Positions 7,012 to 16,833 of a DNA stretch of 32,000 nt are shown in pieces. The notes below the pieces were generated by a model. That model ran no database searches, had not been told where the DNA came from, and saw only the letters and a program-made list of their open reading frames with translations. Position 1 is the first letter of the stretch. The number at the start of each line of letters is the position of its first letter. The position numbers and the translations under genes are program-made. This DNA is from Halalkalibacterium halodurans (GTDB lineage Bacteria; Bacillota; Bacilli; Bacillales; Bacillaceae_D): the NCBI RefSeq assembly GCF_004376175.1, contig NZ_SNUY01000025.1, positions 1 to 32,000 on the forward strand, in the 5' to 3' direction.

Positions 7012-7046
7012 CTTTTTGATCGTTGATTTACCGCTGGTTTGCGCGA

Positions 7047-7391
7047 TTATCGAATTTCTTTAATACGAGCCGCTTTTCCGCGTAGGTTACGCAAGTAGTA
7101 AAGTTTTGCACGACGTACTTTACCGCGACGCTTCACTTCAATCTTATCGATTTTCGGTGAATGTAATGGGAATGTACGTTCAACACCTACACCGTAAGAA
7201 ATTTTACGAACAGTAAACGTCTCACTTACGCCAGTCCCACGGCGTTTGATCACAACACCTTCGAACACCTGAATACGCTCACGAGAGCCCTCGATAACCT
7301 TCACGTGCACACGCAATGTGTCTCCAGGACGGAATGAAGGAAGATCTGTGCGAAGTTGTTCGTTTGTTATTTCACGGATAATGTTGTTCAT
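7047..7391 (-). CDS. rplS: 50S ribosomal protein L19
   Basis: 114 aa, [48 protein letters not shown]. Classic L19 sequence. Confidence 0.97.
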   Translation of the reverse strand: MNNIIREITNEQLRTDLPSFRPGDTLRVHVKVIEGSRERIQVFEGVVIKRRGTGVSETFTVRKISYGVGVERTFPLHSPKIDKIEVKRRGKVRRAKLYYLRNLRGKAARIKEIR

Positions 7392-7481
7392 CGTAGAATT
7401 CCCCTCCTTCCCTACAGATGCTCATGACAGCTTCTACCCCTGCAGCGGAACATCGTAATACTGGCAATTGCCACAAAGAAG
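7392..7481 (-). promoter_or_regulatory. rplS 5' leader (possible L19 autoregulatory leader)
   Basis: A leader of about 90 nt lies between the predicted promoter and the rplS SD (GGAAGGAGGGG). It contains the GGCAATTGCC palindrome and GC-rich pairing segments. An L19 leader element is known upstream of rplS in Bacilli. I did not verify the consensus structure. Confidence 0.35.
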
Positions 7482-7510
7482 ATAATACCATATTCTCTCG
7501 AACAAAACAA
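7482..7510 (-). promoter_or_regulatory. sigma-A-type promoter of rplS
   Basis: Minus strand TTGTTT (7510-7505), 17-nt spacer ending in TGg, then TATTAT (7487-7482). Confidence 0.5.
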
Positions 7511-7527
7511 GAGATTTCGGAGCAACG

Positions 7528-8268
7528 TTATTTTTCCTGTTGCTTACGGATGGAGTCAAGGAGTTCCTGCTCTTCCTCCGTTAGCTTTCGTCCCTCTAGT
7601 AAATCGGGTCTCCGCTCAAGCGTTCGTTTTAACGACTGTTCCTTTCGCCATCTCTCAATGTTTTGATGGTGTCCTGATAGCAGAACGTCTGGAACCTTCC
7701 AGCCGCGGAAATCAGCAGGCCGGGTGTACTGAGGATGCTCCAGAAGTCCTGTGGAAAACGAATCGGTTTGCGCCGATGTCTCATTGCCCAGGACAGCTGG
7801 AAGAAGCCGAGTTACACTGTCGGCAATCACCATCGCCCCAAGCTCTCCCCCTGTTAAAACGTAATCACCGATCGAAAGCTCGTCGGTGACGAGGTAAGAG
7901 CGAATCCGCTCGTCATAGCCTTCGTAGTGTCCACAAAGCAAAATAAGGTGCTCTGCCTGTGCTAGCTCCTCTGCTTTCCGCTGGGTAAATGTCTCCCCTT
8001 GAGGGCACATTAAAATGACGCGCGGCGTCGACTCGCTTTTCTTTGTCAGGTCCTCAACTGCATGGAATAACGGCTGGGGGCTCAACACCATGCCAGCCCC
8101 ACCACCATATGGATAGTCATCTACTTTCTTATGTTTGTTTTCCGAATACTCACGAAAATTAACGACGCGAAAGGACACCGCGCCTCTCTCTTGCGCCTGT
8201 TTCAAAATTGAAGAGTGAAGCACGCCCTGAAACATTTCGGGAAACAATGTGAGAAAATCGATCTTCAT
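7528..8268 (-). CDS. trmD: tRNA (guanine37-N1)-methyltransferase
   Basis: 246 aa, [13 protein letters not shown]...[12 protein letters not shown]...[13 protein letters not shown]...[15 protein letters not shown] overlap with the rimM stop. Confidence 0.97.
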   Translation of the reverse strand: MKIDFLTLFPEMFQGVLHSSILKQAQERGAVSFRVVNFREYSENKHKKVDDYPYGGGAGMVLSPQPLFHAVEDLTKKSESTPRVILMCPQGETFTQRKAEELAQAEHLILLCGHYEGYDERIRSYLVTDELSIGDYVLTGGELGAMVIADSVTRLLPAVLGNETSAQTDSFSTGLLEHPQYTRPADFRGWKVPDVLLSGHHQNIERWRKEQSLKRTLERRPDLLEGRKLTEEEQELLDSIRKQQEK

Positions 8269-8786
8269 TCCAACAGCCCTTCCATTGGTTCAATCGTAAT
8301 CTGCTGTTTCTCGAGATCAACTTGCTTCACCACCTGTTCAATATAGGGGATGAGCAAGTCCTTACCTCCTCTGCGGCATTGAACGACCCAAACGTCATTC
8401 GCGCCAGGGGATAAAATTTCCTTTACCTTTCCTAGCTCTTCCCCAGCTATCGTGACAACGGAGCAACCGATGATCTCATGGTAAAAAAATTCTCCTTCCC
8501 CTAGCTCAGGCCGGTCCTCGATCGGCACTTGCAACCGGCCGCCCTTAAAAGCTTCCACATCGTTAATGGAAGGATAGCCTTCAAAGCAGAGTAAATCAAA
8601 ATTTTTATGCTTGCGATGGGATGCGACCGTCACCGCCACTCGTTCATTCTGATTTGGGCGCATCACATATAGTGTCTTACCGCTGGAAAAACGGTCGTCT
8701 TCAAAGTCGGTTGTCGAGAGAACGCGCACCTCTCCGCGCACACCGTGGGTATTAACGATTTTACCTACATTCAGCCATTTACTCAT
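8265..8786 (-). CDS. rimM: 16S rRNA processing protein RimM
   Basis: [22 protein letters not shown] is a typical RimM N-terminus. ATG 8786-8784 follows GAAGGAAGG and overlaps the ylqD stop by 8 nt. The longer ORF to 8813 adds 9 residues with no RBS support. Confidence 0.9.
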   Translation of the reverse strand: MSKWLNVGKIVNTHGVRGEVRVLSTTDFEDDRFSSGKTLYVMRPNQNERVAVTVASHRKHKNFDLLCFEGYPSINDVEAFKGGRLQVPIEDRPELGEGEFFYHEIIGCSVVTIAGEELGKVKEILSPGANDVWVVQCRRGGKDLLIPYIEQVVKQVDLEKQQITIEPMEGLLE

Positions 8787-9195
8787 CTCTTTTCCTTCCT
8801 TCTCGTACTTCATGAATTACGCCATCTTTTACGATGATCTCCGGTTCTGTCATTAATTGTTCCCAGCGATCGCCTTCCTGAACCTCACAAATCGATTCTA
8901 CGGTCCCGGCCTTCAGCTCCGATCCGAGCGGAAGCTTCTCCATTTGATGCCGTTTGAAGGCAACCGTTTTCAGACGTTCTTCTCGTTGATTCATCTCTTG
9001 ACGGTACGTTTCTTTTAACTGCCTTTCCCGCTCGAGATTTCCTTGATATTGCCGGAGCGCTTTGCGCAGCTGGAACGAGAGTTGCTTCAACTCGTTCTCG
9101 ATCTGTACCTCTTCTGCACGAAACCCTTCCAATAGCTCCTGCTTCTTTTTTTCCGTTAACACTTCTTTTACTTGAACTGTTCGCAAAATTTTCAT
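8779..9195 (-). CDS. ylqD: YlqD family protein
   Basis: 138-aa coiled-coil-rich protein in the syntenic slot between ylqC and rim[23 protein letters not shown] resembles B. subtilis YlqD. Confidence 0.8.
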   Translation of the reverse strand: MKILRTVQVKEVLTEKKKQELLEGFRAEEVQIENELKQLSFQLRKALRQYQGNLERERQLKETYRQEMNQREERLKTVAFKRHQMEKLPLGSELKAGTVESICEVQEGDRWEQLMTEPEIIVKDGVIHEVREGRKRDE

Positions 9196-9232
9196 CGCTC
9201 ACCTCAAGAGCTTCTCTAGATCGAGAGAATAG

Positions 9233-9262
9233 ACAAAAAGGGAGAGGTTTCCCCTCACCCTT
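9233..9262 (-). terminator. possible internal attenuator/terminator between ylqC and ylqD
   Basis: Minus strand GGGTGAGG (9260-9253) / CCTCTCCC (9247-9240), 7 of 8 paired, then TTTTT (9239-9235). Confidence 0.35.
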
Positions 9263-9281
9263 TCTGCCGTCATGTTTAGGA

Positions 9282-9515
9282 TTAATCGATGATGTCTAAC
9301 CGAACTCGCCTCTTTTGCTTTGTCGCTGCTGCATAGACGACAGAACGTAACGCCTTCGCTGTGCGACCTTGCTTCCCTATCACTTTTCCCATATCATCCG
9401 GATGAACCGACAGCTCGATGTGCAAAGAATGGCCATCATCGTGCTCAGAAACACGAACATCATCAGGATGATCCACAAGCGCCATTGCGATATGTTCTAC
9501 TAACGTTTTCATCAT
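9282..9515 (-). CDS. ylqC: KH-domain RNA-binding protein (YlqC/KhpA, UPF0109)
   Basis: 77 aa with the KH motif MGKVIGKQGRTAKALRSV. There are two adjacent ATGs. The second (9512) has better SD spacing (AAAGGGG). Confidence 0.85.
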   Translation of the reverse strand: MMKTLVEHIAMALVDHPDDVRVSEHDDGHSLHIELSVHPDDMGKVIGKQGRTAKALRSVVYAAATKQKRRVRLDIID

Positions 9516-9537
9516 CGGCCCCTTTACATTTTATCGA

Positions 9538-9810
9538 TTACTTTTCGTTTTTTGCGTTGTGTAACTTTTCCATTAAACCAGCTTTTGAGAAAAGGTTACG
9601 AACCGTGTCAGAAGGCTTAGCACCTTTTAACATCCAGTCAAGCGCACGGTCTTCTTTCAACTCAACCTTCGCTGGTTGCGTGAGTGGATTGTATGTTCCA
9701 ATTTCCTCAATGAAACGTCCATCACGCGGAGAACGAGAGTCTGCTACAACAACACGATAGAATGGGGCTTTTTTAGAACCCATACGTTTTAAACGAATTT
9801 TTACTGCCAT
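9538..9810 (-). CDS. rpsP: 30S ribosomal protein S16
   Basis: [42 protein letters not shown], 90 aa. Confidence 0.97.
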
Positions 9811-9848
9811 TCGTTTGACACCTCCAAAATCATTTCACACAATTTTTT

Positions 9849-9877
9849 ATAATAACATCTTTTTCGCTAGCATTCAA
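9849..9877 (-). promoter_or_regulatory. sigma-A-type promoter of rpsP operon
   Basis: Minus strand TTGAAT (9877-9872), 17-nt spacer, TATTAT (9854-9849). Confidence 0.5.
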
Positions 9878-9909
9878 GAAAAACTAGAGAAAAGGATATG
9901 TTACCTACA

Positions 9910-11265
9910 TTAAAACGGCATTTTAAAGCCTCCAAAGCCTTTCCCTTTCTTCTTGGCTTTGCCTGCCATGTTCGTCATTTGCTTCATCATCTTTTTCATC
10001 TCTTCAAACTGCTTTAACAGCCGGTTGACATCTTGAATCGCCGTCCCGCTTCCTTTCGCGATCCGTCGACGACGACTCGCATTAATGATGCTAGGATCTT
10101 GTTTCTCTTGCTTCGTCATGGAACGGACAATCGCCTCAACGCGGCTAATTTGCTTCTCGTCCACTTGCAAGTTTTTCAAGCCTTTCGCTTTGTTCATCCC
10201 TGGCATCATTCCGAGCAGTTCATCGAGCGGTCCCATGCTCCGCACTTGGTCGAGTTGCTCCAAGAAATCATCGAACGTAAAGTCCATTGTGCGCATTTTT
10301 TTCTCAAGTTCACGCGCTTTTTCTTCATCGACAGTGGATTGCGCTTTTTCAATGAGTGTCAGCACATCCCCCATCCCAAGAATCCGCGAAGCCATTCGCT
10401 CTGGGTGGAACGGTTCGAGCTGGTCAATCTTTTCACCCATCCCGGCAAATTTGATCGGCGTGTTCGTAACCGCCTTAACCGAGAGGGCAGCTCCGCCTCG
10501 AGTATCCCCATCCAGCTTCGTCAAAACGACGCCGGAAACATCGAGCTGCTCATGGAAGCTTTCCGCCACATTAACCGCATCTTGCCCTGTCATCGCATCA
10601 ACGACGAGCAAGATTTCATCTGGCTTGGCCACTTCCTTTACTTGTTGCAGTTCATCCATCAGCTCTTCATCGATGTGAAGACGTCCAGCTGTATCGATGA
10701 GCACATAGTCGTGATGCGCTTCTTTCGCCCGCTCGATCGCCTGTTTCGCAATTTCAACAGGGCTTACTTGATCACCGAGGCTAAACACAGGCATGTTTAA
10801 TTGTTTACCTAATGTCTCAAGCTGTTTAATCGCAGCCGGACGATAAATATCGGCAGCGACGAGAATCGGGTTCCGGTTGTGCTTTTTCCGCAAATGGTTG
10901 GCAAGTTTCGCCGTCGTCGTCGTTTTCCCAGCCCCTTGAAGACCGACCATCATCACGACCGTTGGCGGCTTGCTCGCAACTGCAATTTTGCTTTGCTCAC
11001 CTCCCATCAACGCCGTCAGCTCTTCATTGACGACTTTGATGACCTGTTGTCCAGGTGTCAAGCTTTTCATGACTTCTTGACCGAGGGCTTTTTCCTTCAC
11101 ATTGGCGATGAATTGCTTCACCACTTTAAAGTTTACATCCGCTTCTAGGAGAGCCAGACGAACTTCACGCATCATTTCTTTTACGTCTTGTTCACTTACT
11201 TTCCCTTTTCCGCGAATTTTCTTCAACGTATCTTGCAGCCGCTCGGCTAAACTTTCAAACGCCAT
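9910..11265 (-). CDS. ffh: signal recognition particle protein Ffh
   Basis: 451 aa with SRP54 N/G domains (GLQGAGKTTT, DTAGR, TKLDGD) and a Met-rich M domain (LLGMMPGM...MKKMMKQM). Confidence 0.97.
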   Translation of the reverse strand: MAFESLAERLQDTLKKIRGKGKVSEQDVKEMMREVRLALLEADVNFKVVKQFIANVKEKALGQEVMKSLTPGQQVIKVVNEELTALMGGEQSKIAVASKPPTVVMMVGLQGAGKTTTTAKLANHLRKKHNRNPILVAADIYRPAAIKQLETLGKQLNMPVFSLGDQVSPVEIAKQAIERAKEAHHDYVLIDTAGRLHIDEELMDELQQVKEVAKPDEILLVVDAMTGQDAVNVAESFHEQLDVSGVVLTKLDGDTRGGAALSVKAVTNTPIKFAGMGEKIDQLEPFHPERMASRILGMGDVLTLIEKAQSTVDEEKARELEKKMRTMDFTFDDFLEQLDQVRSMGPLDELLGMMPGMNKAKGLKNLQVDEKQISRVEAIVRSMTKQEKQDPSIINASRRRRIAKGSGTAIQDVNRLLKQFEEMKKMMKQMTNMAGKAKKKGKGFGGFKMPF

Positions 11266-11277
11266 ACATGTCGCCTC

Positions 11278-11607
11278 CTACTCTAACGTATCAAGAGATT
11301 CAAGCAACGCCATCAACTCTTCAGAAGTCGCTTGCTTGTCAACAGCTTCTTTCAATTGCTGCAATATCTCGGAACGTTTCTCGAATTTGGCAAGTAGCGA
11401 AAGCTTTTCTTCATATTCTTCTAGCATTGCTTCCGTCCGCTTGATGTTATCGTAAACAGCTTGGCGGCTCACATCAAACTCTTCGGCAATTTCACCGAGA
11501 GAAAAATCATCGAGATAATAGAGTGACATGTACTTTCGTTGCTTTTCCGTTAACAGCGACTGATAAAAATCAAATAGATAATTCATTCGCAACGTTTTAT
11601 CAAGCAC
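11278..11607 (-). CDS. ylxM: UPF0122 HTH protein YlxM (SRP operon)
   Basis: [65 protein letters not shown] is nearly identical in pattern to B. subtilis YlxM. GTG start at 11607 after GGGGTGA. Confidence 0.9.
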   Translation of the reverse strand: MLDKTLRMNYLFDFYQSLLTEKQRKYMSLYYLDDFSLGEIAEEFDVSRQAVYDNIKRTEAMLEEYEEKLSLLAKFEKRSEILQQLKEAVDKQATSEELMALLESLDTLE

Positions 11608-11684
11608 ACCCTCACCCCTTCACGAAGCTTCGACGAACACGCTCGAAATTCACATTGTTAAGTGAAATTCCTTTACGAGTTCTC

Positions 11685-11713
11685 ATCTTACCGTAATCAG
11701 ATTTACGTGTCAA
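11685..11713 (-). promoter_or_regulatory. sigma-A-type promoter of ylxM-ffh
   Basis: Minus strand TTGACA (11713-11708), 17-nt spacer, TAAGAT (11690-11685). Confidence 0.5.
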
Positions 11714-11742
11714 GTTTTTTTCTTAACAATTGAATAAAGGCC

Positions 11743-12735
11743 TCACTCTCTGCCCTCTTCTTCATCCACCATGTCTTTAAAGAGGCCATAGACGAATTGC
11801 TCGCTATCAAATGGCTGGAGGTCGTCTATTTTTTCGCCAAGGCCGACAAACTTAACCGGAATGTCAAGCTCGTGACGGATTGCTAAGACGATCCCCCCCT
11901 TCGCTGTTCCATCTAATTTTGTTAAGATGATTCCTGTCACGTCGGTCGTTTCTTTGAACGTTTTGGCTTGCGACATGGCGTTCTGTCCTGTCGTTGCATC
12001 AAGGGCGATCAACACCTCGTGCGGTGCACCAGGGATTTCACGGGAGATGACCCGTTTCACCTTTTCCAATTCTTTCATTAAATTCACTTTGTTTTGCAAT
12101 CGTCCGGCTGTATCGCATATGAGGATGTCCGCTTCCCGCGATTTTGCTGCTTGAATCGCGTCAAACATTACAGCTGCAGGGTCAGAGCCTTCAGATTGTT
12201 TTATGACATCAACGCCTGCCCGTTCTCCCCACACTTCGAGCTGTTCAATCGCACCCGCTCGGAACGTATCGCCAGCGGCTAAGATTACTTTTTTTCCTTG
12301 TTGCTTATACATATGGGCCAGCTTACCGATTGAGGTCGTTTTTCCGACACCGTTCACCCCGACCACAAGGATAACCGATAATCCAGCTGGTTGAAGATTT
12401 ACCTCGGTCTCGCCTCCCTCTTTTTCAAGAAGCTCGGCTAATTTTTCGGAAATGATCGGCTGGATGTCTTTCGAGTCTTTAATGTTCTGTCTGCGCACCT
12501 CATCCTTCAATTCTTCCACTAAATCCATAACCGTTGTCACACCTACATCGGCACCGATTAATATTTCCTCTAGTTCTTCAAAAAAGTCTTCATCCACACT
12601 GCGATATTTATAGACGAGGTCATTCATTTTCCCCGCAAAGGAATCCCGTGTTTTTTCTAACCCTGCCTTAAATTTCTCCGTTACTTCTGTTGTTTGTGTT
12701 GAGATTTTTTCTTTTAGCTTTTTAAAGAAGCTCAT
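11743..12735 (-). CDS. ftsY: signal recognition particle receptor FtsY
   Basis: 330 aa with an SRP GTPase domain (GVNGVGKTT, DTAGR, TKLDGT). Confidence 0.95.
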   Translation of the reverse strand: MSFFKKLKEKISTQTTEVTEKFKAGLEKTRDSFAGKMNDLVYKYRSVDEDFFEELEEILIGADVGVTTVMDLVEELKDEVRRQNIKDSKDIQPIISEKLAELLEKEGGETEVNLQPAGLSVILVVGVNGVGKTTSIGKLAHMYKQQGKKVILAAGDTFRAGAIEQLEVWGERAGVDVIKQSEGSDPAAVMFDAIQAAKSREADILICDTAGRLQNKVNLMKELEKVKRVISREIPGAPHEVLIALDATTGQNAMSQAKTFKETTDVTGIILTKLDGTAKGGIVLAIRHELDIPVKFVGLGEKIDDLQPFDSEQFVYGLFKDMVDEEEGRE

Positions 12736-12751
12736 GTCGTTCCCTCCTAGC

Positions 12752-15700
12752 TTAGCTTTCGATTAACTCTTTCGTTTCTTCTAATTTGACCGAGATCACC
12801 CTAGAAACCCCGGACTCTTGCATCGTCACGCCATAAAGGACATCTGCCTCTTCCATCGTTCCTTTGCGGTGGGTGATAACGATAAACTGCGTTTGATCAC
12901 TGAAGTCCTTTAAAAATTTCGCAAACCGGCTAACATTCGCCTCATCCAAGGCAGCCTCCACTTCGTCAAGCACACAAAACGGAACGGGGCGAAAGCGTAA
13001 AATCGAAAATAGGAGAGCGATCGCCGTCAACGCCCGCTCACCACCCGAAAGCAGTCCGAGGTGCTGTCGTTTCTTCCCAGGTGGCCGTGCCATAATGTCA
13101 ACACCCGTTGTCAGAAGCTGGTCCGGCTCTGTTAACACAAGATCAGCCTCTCCACCGCCGAACAATTCCTTAAAGACGACGCGAAAATGGGCTTGAATTT
13201 CTGTAAAACTATCATGGAACCGCTTCGTCATTTCCTCATCCATTTCTTCAATTACATTGTGTAGCGTTTCCTTTGCTTCGACAAGGTCTGCTTGCTGTTC
13301 CTTTAAAAATTCATAGCGTTCGCTTACCCGTTCGTATTCTTCAATCGCCCCTAGATTCACCGTCCCTAGCTCTTCGATTGCTCGTTTTATGAGCTTTACT
13401 TTTGTTCGCGCCTCTCCGATCTCCATCATTAATGGATATTCCACTTTCGCTAGATCGTAGCTTAGCTCATACTCATCCCGTAGCTGGTTTAAACGGTTGT
13501 CAAGCTCGACGTCTAGGCGGTTCACCTTCACTTCGGCATCGCGACTGGATTCTGACATGTAAGCACGTTTTCGTCCTAGATCGGCCAACAGCTGTTCTTC
13601 TGCTTCAAGCTGTCCTCCGAGCTCCTTCCGCTTCGTTTGCAAGTGGGCAACATGTTCGCTTAACTCGCTTTTTTCTTGACGACTCTTTTCAATTTGCTCG
13701 TCCAAGGAAAGCTCACCACTCGTACTTTGTGACAGCTCTGTCTCCAACAGCTGAAACGTTTCTTTTCGCTCCCGAAGTTTTTCCTTTTCCTCAGCTAGCT
13801 GCTCAGAGACCCTTGCTCGTTGCTCTTCAATGTTGCCATACCGCTCTTTCGCCGTTGCAAGCTGGATTTTCAATTCGGTTAATTGTGACTGCCGCTCTTC
13901 CTTGGATGATTGGCTCTGCTTCAGCCTTCCTTCGATCTCCGCAACCGTTTGCTGCATCTTGCTCGCTTCCTGTTCGGCACTCGTAAGCAATTGCTTTAAT
14001 TCAGCAAGCCGAGCGCGAATTCGCGTTTCTTCATCAGTAAACGACTCATGCTCGCGGTCGACCAATGATAAACGCTCGCGCATCGCCTTCACTTCATAGG
14101 TAACCGCCTGCCACGTTTCTTTCGCTTCATCAACTTCAGCCCGGGCAGCTTCCCCTTGTAAGCGTAAGTCCTCGATCAATTGCTGCAATTCTGTTCGTTC
14201 GTTTTTTTGTTGTTTAACTTCCTGCTCTAATTTCGCCGCCGCCTTCTCTAGTTGCTTTAGTTTGTCCGTTAATTCTTCTAGCTCGCGCTGACGGCCAAGA
14301 AGCGGGGGTTGCTTTTGTTTGACACTCCCTCCTGTCATAGAACCCCCAGGATTGACCACATCTCCTTCAAGGGTGACGATGCGGTAACGATGTTGGAGTA
14401 ACCTAGCTATAGCATTCGCTCCTTCTAAGCTTTTCGCTACGATGACGTGACCGAGCAAGTTCCTAATGACTGGCGTGAAGCGTTGATCAAACGATACAAG
14501 CTCACTAGCAATCCCAACAAATGCATCATGTTCTTGAATCAATTGCATAGAGGCCGCTGGAAGCTCGCGCCCTTTCATGACCGGAAGAGGTAAAAAGGTC
14601 GCTCGGCCAAAGCGTTGCTGCTTTAAGTACTGAATCGCTTGTCTCGCCGCCTGCTCTGATTCGACAACGATATGCTGTGCTCCTCCACCTAAGGCGATTT
14701 CGATCGCTGTTTCATATGGCTTTGGCACCGTAACGAGTTCGGCGACCGCACCCACAATTCCTTTTAAAGTGGAGTGGCGCGCTTTTAACACCTCTTTAAC
14801 CCCTTGGAAAAAACCTGAGAAGTCAGCTTGCATTTCTTCAAGAACGTCTTTCCGCGACGTTAATCGCTGGATGAGCTGATACGCTTCGTACAGTTGCTTT
14901 TCTTTTTGCTCGTAGACGCGAGTTACTTGCTCTACCTTCCGCTGCTGGTTCCGGTACTCGTCCACAAGAAGGTGAAGCTGTTTTTCCTTTGCTTCAAACT
15001 GCATGCGCTCTTGCTCTTCCTGTGCTTCCAGTTCCTTTCGCTTTTGAAAATACGCTTCATTTTCTCGGATGAGCCGTTCCTGCTTTTGCTGTAGCTGCTG
15101 CAACTGCTCTTCTAAATAGCGCGTCTCATTTCGCAGCGATGCTTGTTCGTTTAATAGTTCAATGTAATCAGATTTTAACCGATCGACCGTTTCTTCCAGT
15201 TCTTTTTCATTTCCGTGAAGAGCTTTTTCTTGATTGCGTATTTCTGCTTCAAGCGCAGTCATTTGCTCGTAAGCTTCTTGTTTCGCTTCTTCTTCTTTTG
15301 CTAAATGAACTTTGAGGGAGGCGACCTTCTCCTCACCTTCACGGATCGTCTGCAAAAGTTGCTCCCGATTTTCCGCAGCATTTTTGAGCCGCTCCTTCAA
15401 CACATCTCTCCGGCCTTCGCGTTTTTCTAATGTTTCACTTGCCGATAAAAGCTGTTGCTGGGCTATTTGGGCTTCCTCATCCAATTGGGCGATCTGTTGC
15501 TTCAATCCTTGCACGGATTGTTCTTTTTCGCTGATTTGCTGCTCTAAAGCTCGATGTTGTTCTTTTAATAGATCAAGAGCTTCCTTTGCTTTGTTCCACT
15601 CTGTATGTATCCGGTCAATATCATAGACAAGGACGGCAATCTCAACTTGCTCTAATTCTTTTTTCTTTTCTAAATAGTCCTTTGCCACTGATGCTTGAAT

Positions 15701-16318
15701 TTTTAAAGGCTCGACTTGGCCTTCAAGCTCATGAAGAATATCCTCGACGCGATTCAGATTCTCCTGTGTGTCATCGAGGCGTTTTTCCGCTTGCTGCTTC
15801 CGCGTTTTATATTTAAGCACACCGGCCGCCTCTTCAAAAATGACGCGGCGATCCTCTGCCTTACTGCTCAAAATTTCTTCCACTTTCCCCTGGCCGATAA
15901 TCGAATACGCTTCTCGTCCTAGGCCAGAGTCCATAAAAAGATCGACAATGTCTTTTAACCGGCATGGCTGACGGTTCAATAAGTACTCGCTCTCTCCAGA
16001 ACGATAAACACGCCGTGTGACACTTACTTCACTATAGTCGATCGGAATATGCTGGTCCTCGTTATCGAGCACCAAACTGATTTCAGCAAAATTCAATGGC
16101 TTTCGTGTATCGCTTCCTGCAAAAATAATATCTTGCATTTTTGACCCTCGGAGCGACTTTGCCGACTGTTCACCGAGCACCCAGCGAATGCCATCTGAAA
16201 TATTGCTTTTTCCACTTCCATTTGGGCCAACAACCGCTGTTACACCTTTTACGAACTCAACGGTCATTTGTTCGGCGAATGATTTAAATCCGACAATTTC
16301 TAAACGTTTGAGGAACAT
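12752..16318 (-). CDS. smc: chromosome partition protein Smc
   Basis: 1188 aa. It has a Walker A motif (GPNGSGKSN), long coiled coils, a hinge, the signature LSGGE, and a Walker B motif (FCVLDEVEAALD). Confidence 0.97.
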   Translation of the reverse strand: MFLKRLEIVGFKSFAEQMTVEFVKGVTAVVGPNGSGKSNISDGIRWVLGEQSAKSLRGSKMQDIIFAGSDTRKPLNFAEISLVLDNEDQHIPIDYSEVSVTRRVYRSGESEYLLNRQPCRLKDIVDLFMDSGLGREAYSIIGQGKVEEILSSKAEDRRVIFEEAAGVLKYKTRKQQAEKRLDDTQENLNRVEDILHELEGQVEPLKIQASVAKDYLEKKKELEQVEIAVLVYDIDRIHTEWNKAKEALDLLKEQHRALEQQISEKEQSVQGLKQQIAQLDEEAQIAQQQLLSASETLEKREGRRDVLKERLKNAAENREQLLQTIREGEEKVASLKVHLAKEEEAKQEAYEQMTALEAEIRNQEKALHGNEKELEETVDRLKSDYIELLNEQASLRNETRYLEEQLQQLQQKQERLIRENEAYFQKRKELEAQEEQERMQFEAKEKQLHLLVDEYRNQQRKVEQVTRVYEQKEKQLYEAYQLIQRLTSRKDVLEEMQADFSGFFQGVKEVLKARHSTLKGIVGAVAELVTVPKPYETAIEIALGGGAQHIVVESEQAARQAIQYLKQQRFGRATFLPLPVMKGRELPAASMQLIQEHDAFVGIASELVSFDQRFTPVIRNLLGHVIVAKSLEGANAIARLLQHRYRIVTLEGDVVNPGGSMTGGSVKQKQPPLLGRQRELEELTDKLKQLEKAAAKLEQEVKQQKNERTELQQLIEDLRLQGEAARAEVDEAKETWQAVTYEVKAMRERLSLVDREHESFTDEETRIRARLAELKQLLTSAEQEASKMQQTVAEIEGRLKQSQSSKEERQSQLTELKIQLATAKERYGNIEEQRARVSEQLAEEKEKLRERKETFQLLETELSQSTSGELSLDEQIEKSRQEKSELSEHVAHLQTKRKELGGQLEAEEQLLADLGRKRAYMSESSRDAEVKVNRLDVELDNRLNQLRDEYELSYDLAKVEYPLMMEIGEARTKVKLIKRAIEELGTVNLGAIEEYERVSERYEFLKEQQADLVEAKETLHNVIEEMDEEMTKRFHDSFTEIQAHFRVVFKELFGGGEADLVLTEPDQLLTTGVDIMARPPGKKRQHLGLLSGGERALTAIALLFSILRFRPVPFCVLDEVEAALDEANVSRFAKFLKDFSDQTQFIVITHRKGTMEEADVLYGVTMQESGVSRVISVKLEETKELIES

Positions 16319-16484
16319 CGTTCAAACCTCACTTTCTACAGCCTATTTATTTTATCATAGAGCGAAGACCAATGGAATCGAATCAAACAAGCTGTTTTTA
16401 CGTATAAAATCAATAAGACAAAACGTCTTAGGTATGATACGATGTTGCATAATTAGTTCATTACTTAAAGAAAGGACTGTGACC

Positions 16485-16706
16485 ATGAATTTAAACGAGG
16501 AAAGCCGAGAAAATGTCGTGTTTATGATCGAGGAAATTAAAAAGAAGCTCCAAGTTGTAAATGGGTCTGTTCTCAACCCAGATAGTGTGGATATGAGCCG
16601 CTACGAGGACTTACGAGACATTTATGACATGATTAAAAAGAAAAACAACTTCAGCGTCAGCGAAATGGATGCGATCGCCGTCGAGCTAGGAAGGCTTCGC
16701 AAATAA
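16485..16706 (+). CDS. DUF1128 / UPF0435 family protein (YfkK-like)
   Basis: 73 aa, MNLNEESRENVVFMIEEIKKKLQVVNGSVLNPDSVDMSRYEDLRDIYDMIKKKNNFSVSEMDAIAVELGRLRK. It matches the KL-x-VN...L-DIYD...S-SE-AIA-LG-LR pattern of UPF0435 proteins. ATG 16485 follows AAAGGA. The 172-aa ORF in the track is an artefactual extension into smc. Confidence 0.75.
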   Translation: MNLNEESRENVVFMIEEIKKKLQVVNGSVLNPDSVDMSRYEDLRDIYDMIKKKNNFSVSEMDAIAVELGRLRK

Positions 16707-16833
16707 CAGACGTCTATAATTAAAAAGACTTAGCTTACCACCAGTTTTCCTAGCCTTTTATATCGTGTTTCCATGCCTTTTTGGCTCACTCACTGTTAAT
16801 GGTGCGAAAAAGGGCTAGGACAAAATACAGTAG

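Noticed and set aside
4439-7046. Decayed signal peptidase I (lepB/sipS) gene split by the IS, since some Bacillaceae have lepB between rplS and rbgA.
   Set aside because: I translated the minus-strand frames of 6660-6980 and 4440-4830. I found none of the SPase I boxes (SM-PT, GDRV, KR-IG-PGD, GDNR-S-DSR), only short stop-riddled frames.
8885-9202. 105-aa ORF in an alternative frame overlapping ylqD.
   Set aside because: The ylqD frame gives the conserved YlqD-like coiled-coil protein and couples to rimM. The alternative frame is Arg/Ser-rich with no RBS.
12752-16318. Many 60-190-aa ORFs antisense to or out of frame with smc. The same occurs within ffh (10033-10800, 10085-10678), ftsY, recG, yloV, fabG, plsX and other genes.
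   Set aside because: They lie wholly inside long, well-conserved genes and lack RBSs. Their low-complexity, Ser/Leu/Arg-rich translations are typical of antisense frames. I treated them as artefacts.
16188-16706. 172-aa plus-strand ORF spanning the smc 5' end and the DUF1128 gene.
   Set aside because: Only the last 73 codons match the UPF0435 family and have an SD before ATG 16485. The upstream part overlaps smc on the opposite strand.
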